64,000 bases of DNA, from assembly GCA_012728655.1 (NCBI GenBank), contig JAAYEQ010000009.1, positions 431 through 64,430 of the forward strand. The letters run 5' to 3'. The stretch is from Syntrophomonadaceae bacterium (GTDB lineage: Bacteria > Bacillota > Syntrophomonadia > Syntrophomonadales > DTU052). The position numbers were made by a program, and so were the translations under genes. The notes below the pieces were generated by a model, which ran no database searches, was not told the DNA's origin, and saw nothing but the letters and a program-made list of their open reading frames with translations. Below are positions 47,015 to 56,028 of this stretch, in pieces (the stretch's first letter is position 1; each line of letters opens with the position of its first letter).

Positions 47015-47955
47015 ATGTTCACCCCCAATCCATTTCGCAGCAGATCCTCGGCCTCTCGGATCACCTCGGACACTATTTCATGAGCCGGCTGAATGCGGTT
47101 GACCAAACCGGCCACCTGTCCCGCCAGGATGGAACCGTTTTCAACATCCCCCTTGAGGGCTGCATCCGGGTACTTGCCAACGCCCAACCGCTCAAGTTCC
47201 TCCGCGCTCAGTCCGGCTCTCTCCTGCTCCAGGTAATACCGAACAAAGCGGTTGCGTATGGCTCTCACCGGATGGAGGGTGGTGGTTCCGCAGACTTCTG
47301 TATCCCGATCCCGGGCCTTAAGAACCTTTTCCTTGTAGGCAGGATGCGCCGGACACTCTTCTGCGCAGATGAACCGGGTTCCCATCTGCACCCCTTCCGC
47401 CCCCAGGGCCAGGGCGGCGACCATTCCCCTTCCATCCGCGATGCCTCCGGCTGCGATTACGGGAATACCCACGGCATCAACCACCATCGGAACCAGGCAC
47501 ATGGTGGTCATCTCCCCCACATGCCCCCCTGACTCCATACCTTCGGCGATTACCGCGTCAGCCCCCTGACGTTCCAGCCTTCGGGCCAAAGCCACCGATG
47601 CGACCACCGGGATCACCTTTATGCCCCGTTCCTTGAAACGCGGCATGTACTTGCCTGGATTGCCGGCGCCGGTGGTCACTACCGGTATGTTTTCACGCAG
47701 GACCAACTCAATAATCTCATCAATGTAGGGTGAAACCAGAACCAGGTTCACCCCAAACGGCTTTTCCGTCACCCGACGGGCTTCATCGATCTCGTTCTTC
47801 AGCCATTGGGGGTCGGCCGTACCGGCGCCGATTATCCCCAAACCGCCTGCCTCTGAAACCGCTCCCGCCAGCTTCCCGGTGGCGATCCAGGCCATAGCCC
47901 CCTGCAACAGGGGATACTTTATATTTAGCATCTTTGTAATCCTGGTTTCGATCAT
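47002..47955 (-). CDS. fabK: enoyl-ACP reductase II (FMN-dependent, nitronate monooxygenase fold)
   Basis: YPLLQGAMAWIATGKLAGAVSEAGGLGIIG, EGMESGGHVG, AAGGIADGRG. Confidence 0.88.
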   Translation of the reverse strand: MIETRITKMLNIKYPLLQGAMAWIATGKLAGAVSEAGGLGIIGAGTADPQWLKNEIDEARRVTEKPFGVNLVLVSPYIDEIIELVLRENIPVVTTGAGNPGKYMPRFKERGIKVIPVVASVALARRLERQGADAVIAEGMESGGHVGEMTTMCLVPMVVDAVGIPVIAAGGIADGRGMVAALALGAEGVQMGTRFICAEECPAHPAYKEKVLKARDRDTEVCGTTTLHPVRAIRNRFVRYYLEQERAGLSAEELERLGVGKYPDAALKGDVENGSILAGQVAGLVNRIQPAHEIVSEVIREAEDLLRNGLGVNMCLD

Positions 47956-47959
47956 CGCC

Positions 47960-48910
47960 TCACCTCCCCCATCGAACCAACGCCGAACCCATTGTCATTC
48001 CCGCGCCGAACCCCACCATAACCAAAAGCTGTCCGGGATGAATTACGCCGTCATCAACCGCCTCGGCTATAGCCAACGGTATTGAGGCAGCCGACATATT
48101 TCCATAGCGCTCGATATTGACGATCATCTTATCCCATGGAATTCCCATCCGCTTTGCGGCCGTCTGCAGGATCCGGATGTTGGCCTGGTGAAAAATGAAG
48201 TGGTCCACCTCGTCAATGCTCAAACCTGCCGGTTCCAAAACCTGTTTCACACACTCCGGTATGGCATTCACCGCATAGCGAAAAACCTCATTCCCCTGCA
48301 TACGGACATAGTGGAGATGATCGTCGACAGTCCGGTGTGAGGCCGGCATCCGCGATCCTCCTGCAGGCAGGTACAACAGTGATTCAGCGGAGCCGTCGGC
48401 CCCCAGATAGGTTGACAGTATCCCGTTAGTTCCGTCGCCCCTGCCCAGAACCACGGCCCCGGCGCCGTCACCGAAAAGAACACAGGTATTGCGGTCGGTG
48501 TAATCTGTTATCCGTGACAGGGTTTCGGCTCCCACCACCAGTATGTAGCGGTGACCCCCGGCCAGCAAAAAGCGGTCCGCCACCGCCAGTGCGTAAATGA
48601 AACCGGTACACCCCGCGGAGATATCAAAGGCCGCAGCTTTATTAGCACCCAGCCGGCCCTGCAGCAGGCAGGCGGTGGAGGGAAACAACATATCAGGAGT
48701 TACGGTTGCCACCAGGATTAAATCCAGATCTGCGGCCGCGATCCCTGCATTTTTTATGGCCTTCTCCGCAGCCAGGAGAGCCAGGTCGGATGTCGCCCAC
48801 TCCGGGTCGCAGATACGGCGCTCCCGGATTCCGGTTCGGGTTATAATCCATTCATCATTGGTGTCTACCATCAACTCCAGTTCGCGGTTGGTAAGAATTC
48901 GGTCCGGCAC
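47960..48910 (-). CDS. fabH: beta-ketoacyl-ACP synthase III (the true N-terminus probably extends upstream; see findings)
   Basis: NRELELMVDTNDEWIITRTGIRERR, active-site AGCTGF, FHQANIRI, GNMSAASIP. The ORF-track GTG start at 48910 truncates the conserved N-terminal strand. Confidence 0.9.
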   Translation of the reverse strand: MPDRILTNRELELMVDTNDEWIITRTGIRERRICDPEWATSDLALLAAEKAIKNAGIAAADLDLILVATVTPDMLFPSTACLLQGRLGANKAAAFDISAGCTGFIYALAVADRFLLAGGHRYILVVGAETLSRITDYTDRNTCVLFGDGAGAVVLGRGDGTNGILSTYLGADGSAESLLYLPAGGSRMPASHRTVDDHLHYVRMQGNEVFRYAVNAIPECVKQVLEPAGLSIDEVDHFIFHQANIRILQTAAKRMGIPWDKMIVNIERYGNMSAASIPLAIAEAVDDGVIHPGQLLVMVGFGAGMTMGSALVRWGR

Positions 48911-49607
48911 TGCGTAACCGGCGCCCAGGACCTGAGTTTTTATGTTTCTTGCAGTGCTGTCGTTGACGCCTGTTATGATGTTTCACCCCTTATACCGTCC
49001 CACGGTTACCCGTTAACGCACGGAACAACAATTGGGAAGGATATGTTGTGACCAATTTTGTGTACAAAGCCGGCAATATGTGATTAATTATTTTCCAATT
49101 CTCTGGAACTTATGCTCCGGAAGGGTATGGTTTCAGCACCTCTCAACCGACCTCCCCTTCACGGCTTACAGCGGAGGCAAAGTCTAATGCCGATAATCAA
49201 GCCTCGAACCGTATGGCGGCCGATCGTCAAAGGGCTGAATCTCATAGCCCCCTTCCGGTTCCTTGATGGGCCCGGGATTTTTTACATTGTATATAAGCCA
49301 AAAGCATAAAAAAAGAATTTTTGGTAAATTCCGCACTTTAAAAGTTCAACGCAGTGTAGAAGGGTTTCGTAACTTTGAACTTCAGAAATACTCAAGGAAA
49401 ATTTTCTGTTATTCCATGACTTTCAATACCGGAAGCTGATCGTTCCGAATCCGGCGCCCAATTGCCTGCGGTTTTGTGAAATGACATCCATATTTATGCA
49501 GGAAAAACCTTGCTTGACCTTGTACTATAAATCATTGGGAAACAGGTTGCCTCCAGAAGTCAAATATTCAGAGCCCAGTACATCATGGAGGAGGACTTTT
49601 CGAAGGT

Positions 49608-50090
49608 ATGTTGAACCCGCGGCACATTGAAGAGCTGATCAAGCTGATCAACAGCAGTCCTTATTATCAACTGCTTTCCATGGTCATGGAGGATATTGGT
49701 GTTGGGTATTCCATAATAACTCTGGATATGGAGTCAAAACACCTTTCTCCCTACCAGGCGATACAGGGAGGCGTCTACTCGTCGCTGATAGACGCGGCCG
49801 CCTACTGGGCGGTTTATCCGGAGCTTGATCCGGAATCGGGTCTTATCACCCTGGACGTTACCGTCCACCACCTGGCCTCCATAAAATCCGGAAAGATAAC
49901 GGCTAAAGGACAAAGGATCAAGGTGGGACGAACCATTTGCCTGGCCGAAGCCACCATCGAGTCACCGGAAGGAAGGATTCTGGCCCAGGGCAGTTCCAAA
50001 CTCCTGGTTACCGACGGCCTTCAGACCATCGATCAACTGGCGGCCCTTGCCAATACTACTCTGCCGCCCAAGTTCATTGCCGAGTTGTAA
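49608..50090 (+). CDS. PaaI-family hotdog-fold thioesterase
   Basis: YYQLLSMVMEDIGVGYSIITLDMESKHLSPYQAIQGGVYSSLIDAA is a typical PaaI/4HBT pattern. Confidence 0.85.
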   Translation: MLNPRHIEELIKLINSSPYYQLLSMVMEDIGVGYSIITLDMESKHLSPYQAIQGGVYSSLIDAAAYWAVYPELDPESGLITLDVTVHHLASIKSGKITAKGQRIKVGRTICLAEATIESPEGRILAQGSSKLLVTDGLQTIDQLAALANTTLPPKFIAEL

Positions 50091-50205
50091 ATAGCCTCTC
50101 AGCTCCGTCAGCCTGACAATTAATAACGTCTACGCCGGTCCACATCCGGTTTATCCAAAAAAAGACCCGTCCCTTTAAAGGACGGGTCAGTGCTTGGGCT
50201 GATTC

Positions 50206-51084
50206 TTATTTCAGGTTCTTTCCTGCGGGAGAGTTGGGGAAGAACAGCGGCTCTCCATATTGGTCCACGCCAAATTCCTTTACGATCCGCTGACCTTCTT
50301 CGGAGACCAGCCATTCAACAAACTTCCGCGCTCCTTCAGCGTTGATATTGGGGAACTTTTCCGGGTTAACCGGAATCAACGTGATATAGTTGAGCAGTAT
50401 CTCGTCTTTCTCCACCAGGACCTGGATATTCTTGATTTTATCCTTGTTGGTTATAACGGTCGCACGGTCGATCAGTGTATAAGCCTTCTGCTCGTCGGTA
50501 TAGAGAAGGGTCGGCACATTGCCCAAACTGCCTTTCTCATATATGCGGTACCAGTCACCGCTGGGTTTAATGCCGGCGGCTTCCCATACCTCCATCTCCT
50601 TCACATGGGTGCCCGAGTTGTCGCCGCGGCTGATAAAGAGGACTTTCGCGTCGGCAATCTTCTGCAGGGCTTTGGTTGCCGAGGTTTCACCCTTTATTCC
50701 TGCCGGATCGTCCGGCGGGCCGACAATCACGAAATCATTGTACATGAAATCAATCCGCTCCGTGCCGTACCCTTCGGCGACAAACTGCTCCTCCAAGGCT
50801 TTGGCATGGACCTGAACCAGATCCACGGCCCCGCTCTTTCCTATGTCAAGGGCCGCACCGGTACCGGCTCCAACGTGACGGACAACTACCCCGGTCTTTT
50901 CCTGGTAGGCCTTTTCAAGCGCCGCCACAATGCCCGCGTCAATCGGCCCAATGGTGCTGGCCCACAATACCTGCTCCGCCTCGGTTGTTTCGGCTGCAGG
51001 TTGACCGCATCCCTGCACCAACAGGACGCTGCAGACCATGATTATAGCAACGACCAAGCCCAGCCTTCTGTTACGTTTTTTCAC
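50206..51084 (-). CDS. TupA-like periplasmic (lipoprotein) oxyanion-binding protein, divergent paralogue
   Basis: Lipobox LLVQGC. Shares NDFVIVGPxDDPAGIKG, SRGDNSGTH and VNPEKF blocks with the TupA at 52533..53414. Has ASTIGPIDAG where TupA has ATTTSTQDSG. Confidence 0.8.
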   Translation of the reverse strand: MKKRNRRLGLVVAIIMVCSVLLVQGCGQPAAETTEAEQVLWASTIGPIDAGIVAALEKAYQEKTGVVVRHVGAGTGAALDIGKSGAVDLVQVHAKALEEQFVAEGYGTERIDFMYNDFVIVGPPDDPAGIKGETSATKALQKIADAKVLFISRGDNSGTHVKEMEVWEAAGIKPSGDWYRIYEKGSLGNVPTLLYTDEQKAYTLIDRATVITNKDKIKNIQVLVEKDEILLNYITLIPVNPEKFPNINAEGARKFVEWLVSEEGQRIVKEFGVDQYGEPLFFPNSPAGKNLK

Positions 51085-51141
51085 CAGGTTTCACCTATCC
51101 TTTCACATGATCCTAATTATGGACAACATGGCGTGATACTG

Positions 51142-51807
51142 TCAGTTTAGGTTCTCGATCCCTACGATTTCTCCGTCTTCCAGCAGGTACACCTTGTCGG
51201 TTATGGCTTCTGCCTCCTTGCGGCTGTGGGTAACCAACACGGTGGTGATTTTCTGTTCCCGCAGAATCCGAGCAATCTCCTGAATCAACTCCAGCCTTAT
51301 CTTCCGGTCCAGATTGGCAAAGGGTTCATCCAAAAATATAATTTCCGGTTCCAGAACCAGGGCTTGAGCCAGGGCGACCCGTTGGGCCTCGCCTCCAGAA
51401 AGAGAATGAGCCCTCTGCCTGGCCAGATGATCAATGCGTAGCTTTTCCAGCCAGGGGCGAACCCGCCTTTCTCGTTCCTTACGGTCGATATTGCGGAATT
51501 TCAGCCCGATCTCCGCATTATCCATAACCGTGCCCCGCAGGAGCATGGGTTTTTGAAACACCATGGCCATTCGGCGCCGTACATCAAGCACGGACTGCTC
51601 CTTGAGCTCGCGGCCAAAGTAAGAAACAACTCCGCTGGTGGGCTCCTGTAACGCCGCCAAAATCAACAGGAGACTACTTTTCCCGGCACCGTTCGGTCCC
51701 ATAATGCTGATGTACTCTTCCCTGCTGATTGAGAAATGTGGAATATTCAGTATGGTCCGCCCTCCCAGGACCAGTTTCAAATCCTTTACTTCAATTACTT
51801 TACTCAT
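51142..51807 (-). CDS. tupC: tungstate/oxyanion ABC transporter ATP-binding protein
   Basis: Walker A GPNGAGKSS, signature LSGGEAQR, Walker B IFLDEPF. Located in the tup operon. Confidence 0.85.
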   Translation of the reverse strand: MSKVIEVKDLKLVLGGRTILNIPHFSISREEYISIMGPNGAGKSSLLLILAALQEPTSGVVSYFGRELKEQSVLDVRRRMAMVFQKPMLLRGTVMDNAEIGLKFRNIDRKERERRVRPWLEKLRIDHLARQRAHSLSGGEAQRVALAQALVLEPEIIFLDEPFANLDRKIRLELIQEIARILREQKITTVLVTHSRKEAEAITDKVYLLEDGEIVGIENLN

Positions 51808-52501
51808 AATTGGATCTCCGTTGTTGTAGACTGGTTAAGAGTGCGGTAACACCATACGCCAGCGCGAGCAGTATAACGCTGAGCGCAATGGCAACATCAA
51901 AATTCCCCTTGTTAACCTCCATAACCGTAGCCGTAGTCAGGACCCGGGTCTCACCTTTGATGTTTCCACCGACCATCTGGGAAGCGCCTACCTCGGATAT
52001 CACCCCGCCAAACCCGGCCATAACCGCAGCCAGGAGTCCCAACCTGGCTTCTTTGATCAGGTTCCACAGCAACTGCCTCCGGTTTGCACCCAGGGCCAGC
52101 AGATGCAGGCGAAGACGGGGACTGATCTGCTGCACCGCCGCCAGGGTGAAGCTGATGACCAGAGGGCTGGCAATTACCGCCTGGGCGATAATCATTGCAG
52201 TAGGGGTATAGATAATCCCCAGCGAGCCGAATGGGCCCGACCTCCACAGGAAGATGCTGACCCATAAGCCGACCACTACCGGCGGCAGACCCATTCCAAA
52301 ATTGGCCAGACTCACCAGGAAGTTACGTCCCGGAAACCTGCTTAAGGCCAGTATGCATCCTAAGGGCACACCGATGAGAACACTTACCAAGGTTGCGGTT
52401 CCGGACACCTTGAGGGTCAGCCAGCAGACTTCCAAGACCTCAGGGTCCAAGTTGAGCAAGATGAAAAAGGCCTGGACCAGACCGTCCCATATAAGCTGCA
52501 A
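51800..52501 (-). CDS. tupB: tungstate/oxyanion ABC transporter permease
   Basis: Six-TM BPD-type permease. Overlaps the tupC start. Confidence 0.85.
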   Translation of the reverse strand: MQLIWDGLVQAFFILLNLDPEVLEVCWLTLKVSGTATLVSVLIGVPLGCILALSRFPGRNFLVSLANFGMGLPPVVVGLWVSIFLWRSGPFGSLGIIYTPTAMIIAQAVIASPLVISFTLAAVQQISPRLRLHLLALGANRRQLLWNLIKEARLGLLAAVMAGFGGVISEVGASQMVGGNIKGETRVLTTATVMEVNKGNFDVAIALSVILLALAYGVTALLTSLQQRRSNYE

Positions 52502-52532
52502 CTATGATCACTCCATTTTAGTGTGCAAAATG

Positions 52533-53414
52533 CTATTTGCCCAATTCATCTTCACTCTTGCCGGCATCGGGATAAAACAGGGGCTCACCATAAGTATCCA
52601 CGCCAAAGTTGCCGATTATCTCCTGGGCCTCAGCGGAAACCAGGAAATCAACAAATGCCTTGGCCCCTTCGGTGTTCATCTTGCCGGCAATATCCTCTGA
52701 AAACTTCTCCGGATTAACCTGCATGACATGATAAATGTTTAACAGCGACTTCTCACCCTCCACCATGATCTCCAGGGTGAGGTTTTTCTTCTGTGCCAGA
52801 TAGGTTCCACGGTCAGTCAGGGTATAGCCTTTGTTCTGTTCAGCCACGATCAAGGTCTGTCCCATCCCTTGACCGGTCTCCTGGTAAGTTGCTCCCACCT
52901 CAGGTGTTATTCCGGCTGCCTCCCACAGCTTCTTTTCCATCTTGTGAGTTCCCGAGTCATCACCGCGGGATACAAACAGGCTGTTTGACTCCTTAATCTT
53001 CTTCAGGGCTTCAGCAGCAGTGGCGGTTCCTTTAATACCGGCCGGATCATCCGCCGGTCCCACAATGACGAAGTCATTGTGCATAACAAGCTGATAATTG
53101 GTTACCAATCCGGCTTCCACCAGTTTCTGCTCATCGGCCGGCGCGTGGGTCAAAAGCACATCGGCTTCACCTTTTTCTCCCATCGCCAAGGCGGCACCGG
53201 TTCCAACAGCAATAGTCTTAATCTTGTAGCCGGTCTTCTCCTCGAACACCGGAATCAATTCATCGAGCAATCCGCTGTCCTGTGTGCTGGTGGTCGTCGC
53301 AAGAATGACGTCTGTCTTCTTTACAGCCTGTTCAGCATTCTGGCCGCAACCGACCAGGCAGAGCATGAATACAAACAAAATCGCGAGCGACAAATATCTG
53401 GTTTTTTTAAACAC
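52533..53414 (-). CDS. tupA: tungstate ABC transporter substrate-binding lipoprotein
   Basis: ATTTSTQDSGLL and SRGDDSGTH anion-binding motifs. Lipobox LVGC. Start taken at GTG 53414, 7 nt after AAGGAGG; the longer ORF-track N-terminus covers the riboswitch and is rejected. Confidence 0.85.
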   Translation of the reverse strand: MFKKTRYLSLAILFVFMLCLVGCGQNAEQAVKKTDVILATTTSTQDSGLLDELIPVFEEKTGYKIKTIAVGTGAALAMGEKGEADVLLTHAPADEQKLVEAGLVTNYQLVMHNDFVIVGPADDPAGIKGTATAAEALKKIKESNSLFVSRGDDSGTHKMEKKLWEAAGITPEVGATYQETGQGMGQTLIVAEQNKGYTLTDRGTYLAQKKNLTLEIMVEGEKSLLNIYHVMQVNPEKFSEDIAGKMNTEGAKAFVDFLVSAEAQEIIGNFGVDTYGEPLFYPDAGKSEDELGK

Positions 53415-53481
53415 TGTTTTTCCTCCTTTTCCCATTCGCATAGTTGTAATACCACCACGGCCTCCCCGTCCATTTACAGAT

Positions 53482-53518
53482 AAAAAAGCCGAGCCCGCAT
53501 CCACAAGCAGGCTCGACC
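53482..53518 (-). terminator. expression-platform terminator of the Moco/Tuco riboswitch
   Basis: The minus-strand RNA reads GAGCCUGC-uuguggau-GCGGGCUC followed by GGCUUUUUU. Confidence 0.6.
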
Positions 53519-53543
53519 CTCTCGATCGATAGACCTGATCACT

Positions 53544-53640
53544 CTCCTTTCCAAAATGCGGGAGGCGCAGAAGTTTCCTGCTGCACCCTATCGTCCTGGT
53601 ATCCATACCTTTACGGCTTCAGGATGCCAGGATCGGAGAA
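53544..53640 (-). promoter_or_regulatory. molybdenum/tungsten cofactor (Moco/Tuco) riboswitch
   Basis: The minus-strand RNA reads CUUCUCCGAUCCUGGCAUCCUGAAGCCGUAAAGGUAUGGAUACCAGGACGAUAGGGUGCAGCAGGAAACUUCUGCGCCUCCCGCAUUUUGGAAAGGAG. The CCUGG...CCAGG-CGA-AGG...CGCCUCCCG...GGAAAGG pattern matches my recollection of the E. coli moaA Moco element. A weak promoter (TTGAAA-15 nt-TATAAT, 53674..53648) lies just upstream, and tup genes lie downstream. Confidence 0.65.
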
Positions 53641-53827
53641 GTATGCAATTATACAATTATATAAGACGTTTCAACAGAGATATGCTTTCTCCTGCTTCCT
53701 GAGAAATTTTACTGATGAGAAACGTTTTAACGGTTACAGCCGGTAAGCGCAAACAGCCTGTTCAGCCTGGAGTTGAAGCCGGCCTGTCTATCTTTATTCT
53801 TTGTAAGATGCCGTTATGCATTCCGGT

Positions 53828-55768
53828 CTAAATTTCCCAGGCCGCCCGGGCTCCCTCTTCGGTGGCTTCGATAATCCTTCTCGGTTTCACGGCATCTCCA
53901 ACAACATAATGGCGAATCCCCTGTTCTTTCAGTGTCCTTACCAGATCTGCAGCCGGATTCATGCCCACGGCTATAATAACCTGGTCCACCGGTTCCAGGG
54001 TTTGTTCCGCATCCTGCACCCTTATCGTTACCGAGTCTTTGTCTATCCTGACAACCTCCGCTCCGAAAATCTGCTGCGAACCGGCGTTACGCAGACGTTT
54101 GTGCAGCATGTACCCGTGGGATGAGGCTTTGGTAACCGGCGACTTTGGCTTCTGCTCAACCAGAGTCACGCTTTGGCATCCCTTGGCAACCGCATAATCA
54201 GCCGTTTCCATACCTATCAGCCCGGCTCCGATGATGACGATGTTTTTCCCTACCGCAACCTCGCCGCCGAGAACCTGCAGGGCTGTTACCACCTGGGGAA
54301 GGTCAATCCCGTCAATGGGAGGAATGATTTCCCTGCCCCCGGTCGCCAGTATGACCACCTCGGGTTTATTCTCAATGATCATCTCATCCGTTACTTCCGT
54401 ACCGGTTTTGATATCCGCACCCATCTTAGCCGCTTTTGAAGCCAACCTCCGGATCCATTCTCCGTAAGCCTCTTTAAACGGCACCTGGGCTGCGTACCTC
54501 ACCTGTCCACCGATCTCCGACTCCTTCTCAAATAACGTAACCTTGTGACCAAGCCGGGCCGCCTCATAAGCCGCCGTTAAACCGCCCGGCCCCCCGCCGA
54601 CAACCCATACGTTCCTGCGGACTGCGGCCGGTTCGGTCGGGTAGATGAGCTCCTGTCCGGTTTCCGGATTAATGGCACAGCGAATGCTCTTTTGTTCAAA
54701 CATAGCCCTTTCTATACAGCCCTGGTTGCAGGCCAGGCATTTATTGGTTTCTTCAAATTTCCCGTTGATGGCGTTCTGCAGAAAATCGGGATCGGCCAGG
54801 TGCTGGCGGCCGAAAGCAATCAGGTCGGCATCACCGCGCGCAATGCACTCGTTGGCAATGAAGGGATCGTTGAACCTCCCTACCCCGATTACCGGAACGC
54901 TTACTACCTCCTTAATCTTCCTGGCCAGCTTTACGTTAAATCCGGGTTGGTATTCAATCGGAGCCTGAATAATCCCGGCCGGACTGCCATGGGTTCCGAA
55001 AGAAGCATGAAGAATATCACAGCCGTTTTTGACCAGTTCAGGCACCACCTTCTGCATATCCTCGGCCGTGTAGCCGCCCTTAATCTCCTCATCAACCGAT
55101 ATCCGGATCGATATCGGGTAATCATCCCCCACCCGGCGCCGAACCTCACGCAACACTTCTATAAGGAAGCGTGCCCGCTGTAATATGTCAGGCCCACCAT
55201 ACTCGTCGGTCCTCCGATTGGCGTGTGCAGACAGGAATTGATGCAGCAAAAACCCGTGGGCTGCATGCAGCTCCACCGCATCGTATCCGGCCTCACGAGC
55301 CCTGGCGGCCGCCTGACCGAAACACTGAATGATCTCCCGGATGTCATCGAGGGTCATTTCCCTGGGCGTGCCTTTATAAACCAGACTGGGTACGGCCGAG
55401 GGGGCGACGGCTTCACCGCGGCGCAGGTAGTACATGCTCTCGCGCCCGGCGTGGTGAAGCTGAACGGCGATTTTGGCACCCTGGCGATGCACGACATCCA
55501 CAATCTTTTTCAACCCCTGGATATGTTCATCCTTAAATATGCCCAGCTGCGAGGGCAGAGTTCGTCCCTTGGGATGAACGGCGGTTATTTCCTGAATAAA
55601 TAAGCCGGCCCCGCTTTTCACCCTTCTGGATATATAAGCCAGGGCGGCTTCGGTAACCATTCCTTCTTCATTGCTGAGAAACGTTCCCATGGGCGGAATA
55701 ACCACCCGATTGTCAAGAACCATGGACCTGATCTTGATGGGCTGCAGCAAATGCTCCAGACTGCTCAT
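53828..55768 (-). CDS. OYE-family NADH:flavin oxidoreductase fused to FAD/NAD(P)-binding domain (2-enoate / 2,4-dienoyl-CoA reductase-like)
   Basis: N-terminal TIM-barrel OYE motifs (VIPPMGT, HAAHGFLLHQFLS), a 4Fe-4S motif CLACNQGC...C, then VVGGGPGGLTAA and IIGAGLIGME Rossmann motifs. Confidence 0.88.
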   Translation of the reverse strand: MSSLEHLLQPIKIRSMVLDNRVVIPPMGTFLSNEEGMVTEAALAYISRRVKSGAGLFIQEITAVHPKGRTLPSQLGIFKDEHIQGLKKIVDVVHRQGAKIAVQLHHAGRESMYYLRRGEAVAPSAVPSLVYKGTPREMTLDDIREIIQCFGQAAARAREAGYDAVELHAAHGFLLHQFLSAHANRRTDEYGGPDILQRARFLIEVLREVRRRVGDDYPISIRISVDEEIKGGYTAEDMQKVVPELVKNGCDILHASFGTHGSPAGIIQAPIEYQPGFNVKLARKIKEVVSVPVIGVGRFNDPFIANECIARGDADLIAFGRQHLADPDFLQNAINGKFEETNKCLACNQGCIERAMFEQKSIRCAINPETGQELIYPTEPAAVRRNVWVVGGGPGGLTAAYEAARLGHKVTLFEKESEIGGQVRYAAQVPFKEAYGEWIRRLASKAAKMGADIKTGTEVTDEMIIENKPEVVILATGGREIIPPIDGIDLPQVVTALQVLGGEVAVGKNIVIIGAGLIGMETADYAVAKGCQSVTLVEQKPKSPVTKASSHGYMLHKRLRNAGSQQIFGAEVVRIDKDSVTIRVQDAEQTLEPVDQVIIAVGMNPAADLVRTLKEQGIRHYVVGDAVKPRRIIEATEEGARAAWEI

Positions 55769-56028
55769 AGCTTCCCCTCCTCAACTTGATTAACTACCGC
55801 ACAAAATATCAATAATACAGTTGGTGCCGTAACCACAGGACCATGTCTTAATTATCACATATACGAAACGGTTTGGGGAGCATATGACAGCAACCTGCCC
55901 CAAGCAAAACAAATTATTGTCCATGATCCTCGGAAACTGTATACTTATCTCAGTATGGTAATCGGTATTCTGCATGCTGACGGAGAAACTGAAAAGGAGT
56001 GAAAGGTTTAATGAAGAAGTAAGGTCGC

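Noticed and set aside
49211-49220. tRNA T-loop-like GGTTCGAGG (minus strand)
   Set aside because: There is no flanking T-stem, acceptor stem or anticodon arm, so it is not a tRNA or tRNA-like element.
52533-53606. Long ORF-track version of tupA (357 aa) starting at 53606
   Set aside because: The extra 64 N-terminal residues overlie the riboswitch aptamer and terminator. They are followed by a perfect SD+GTG (53414) that yields a canonical lipoprotein signal peptide.
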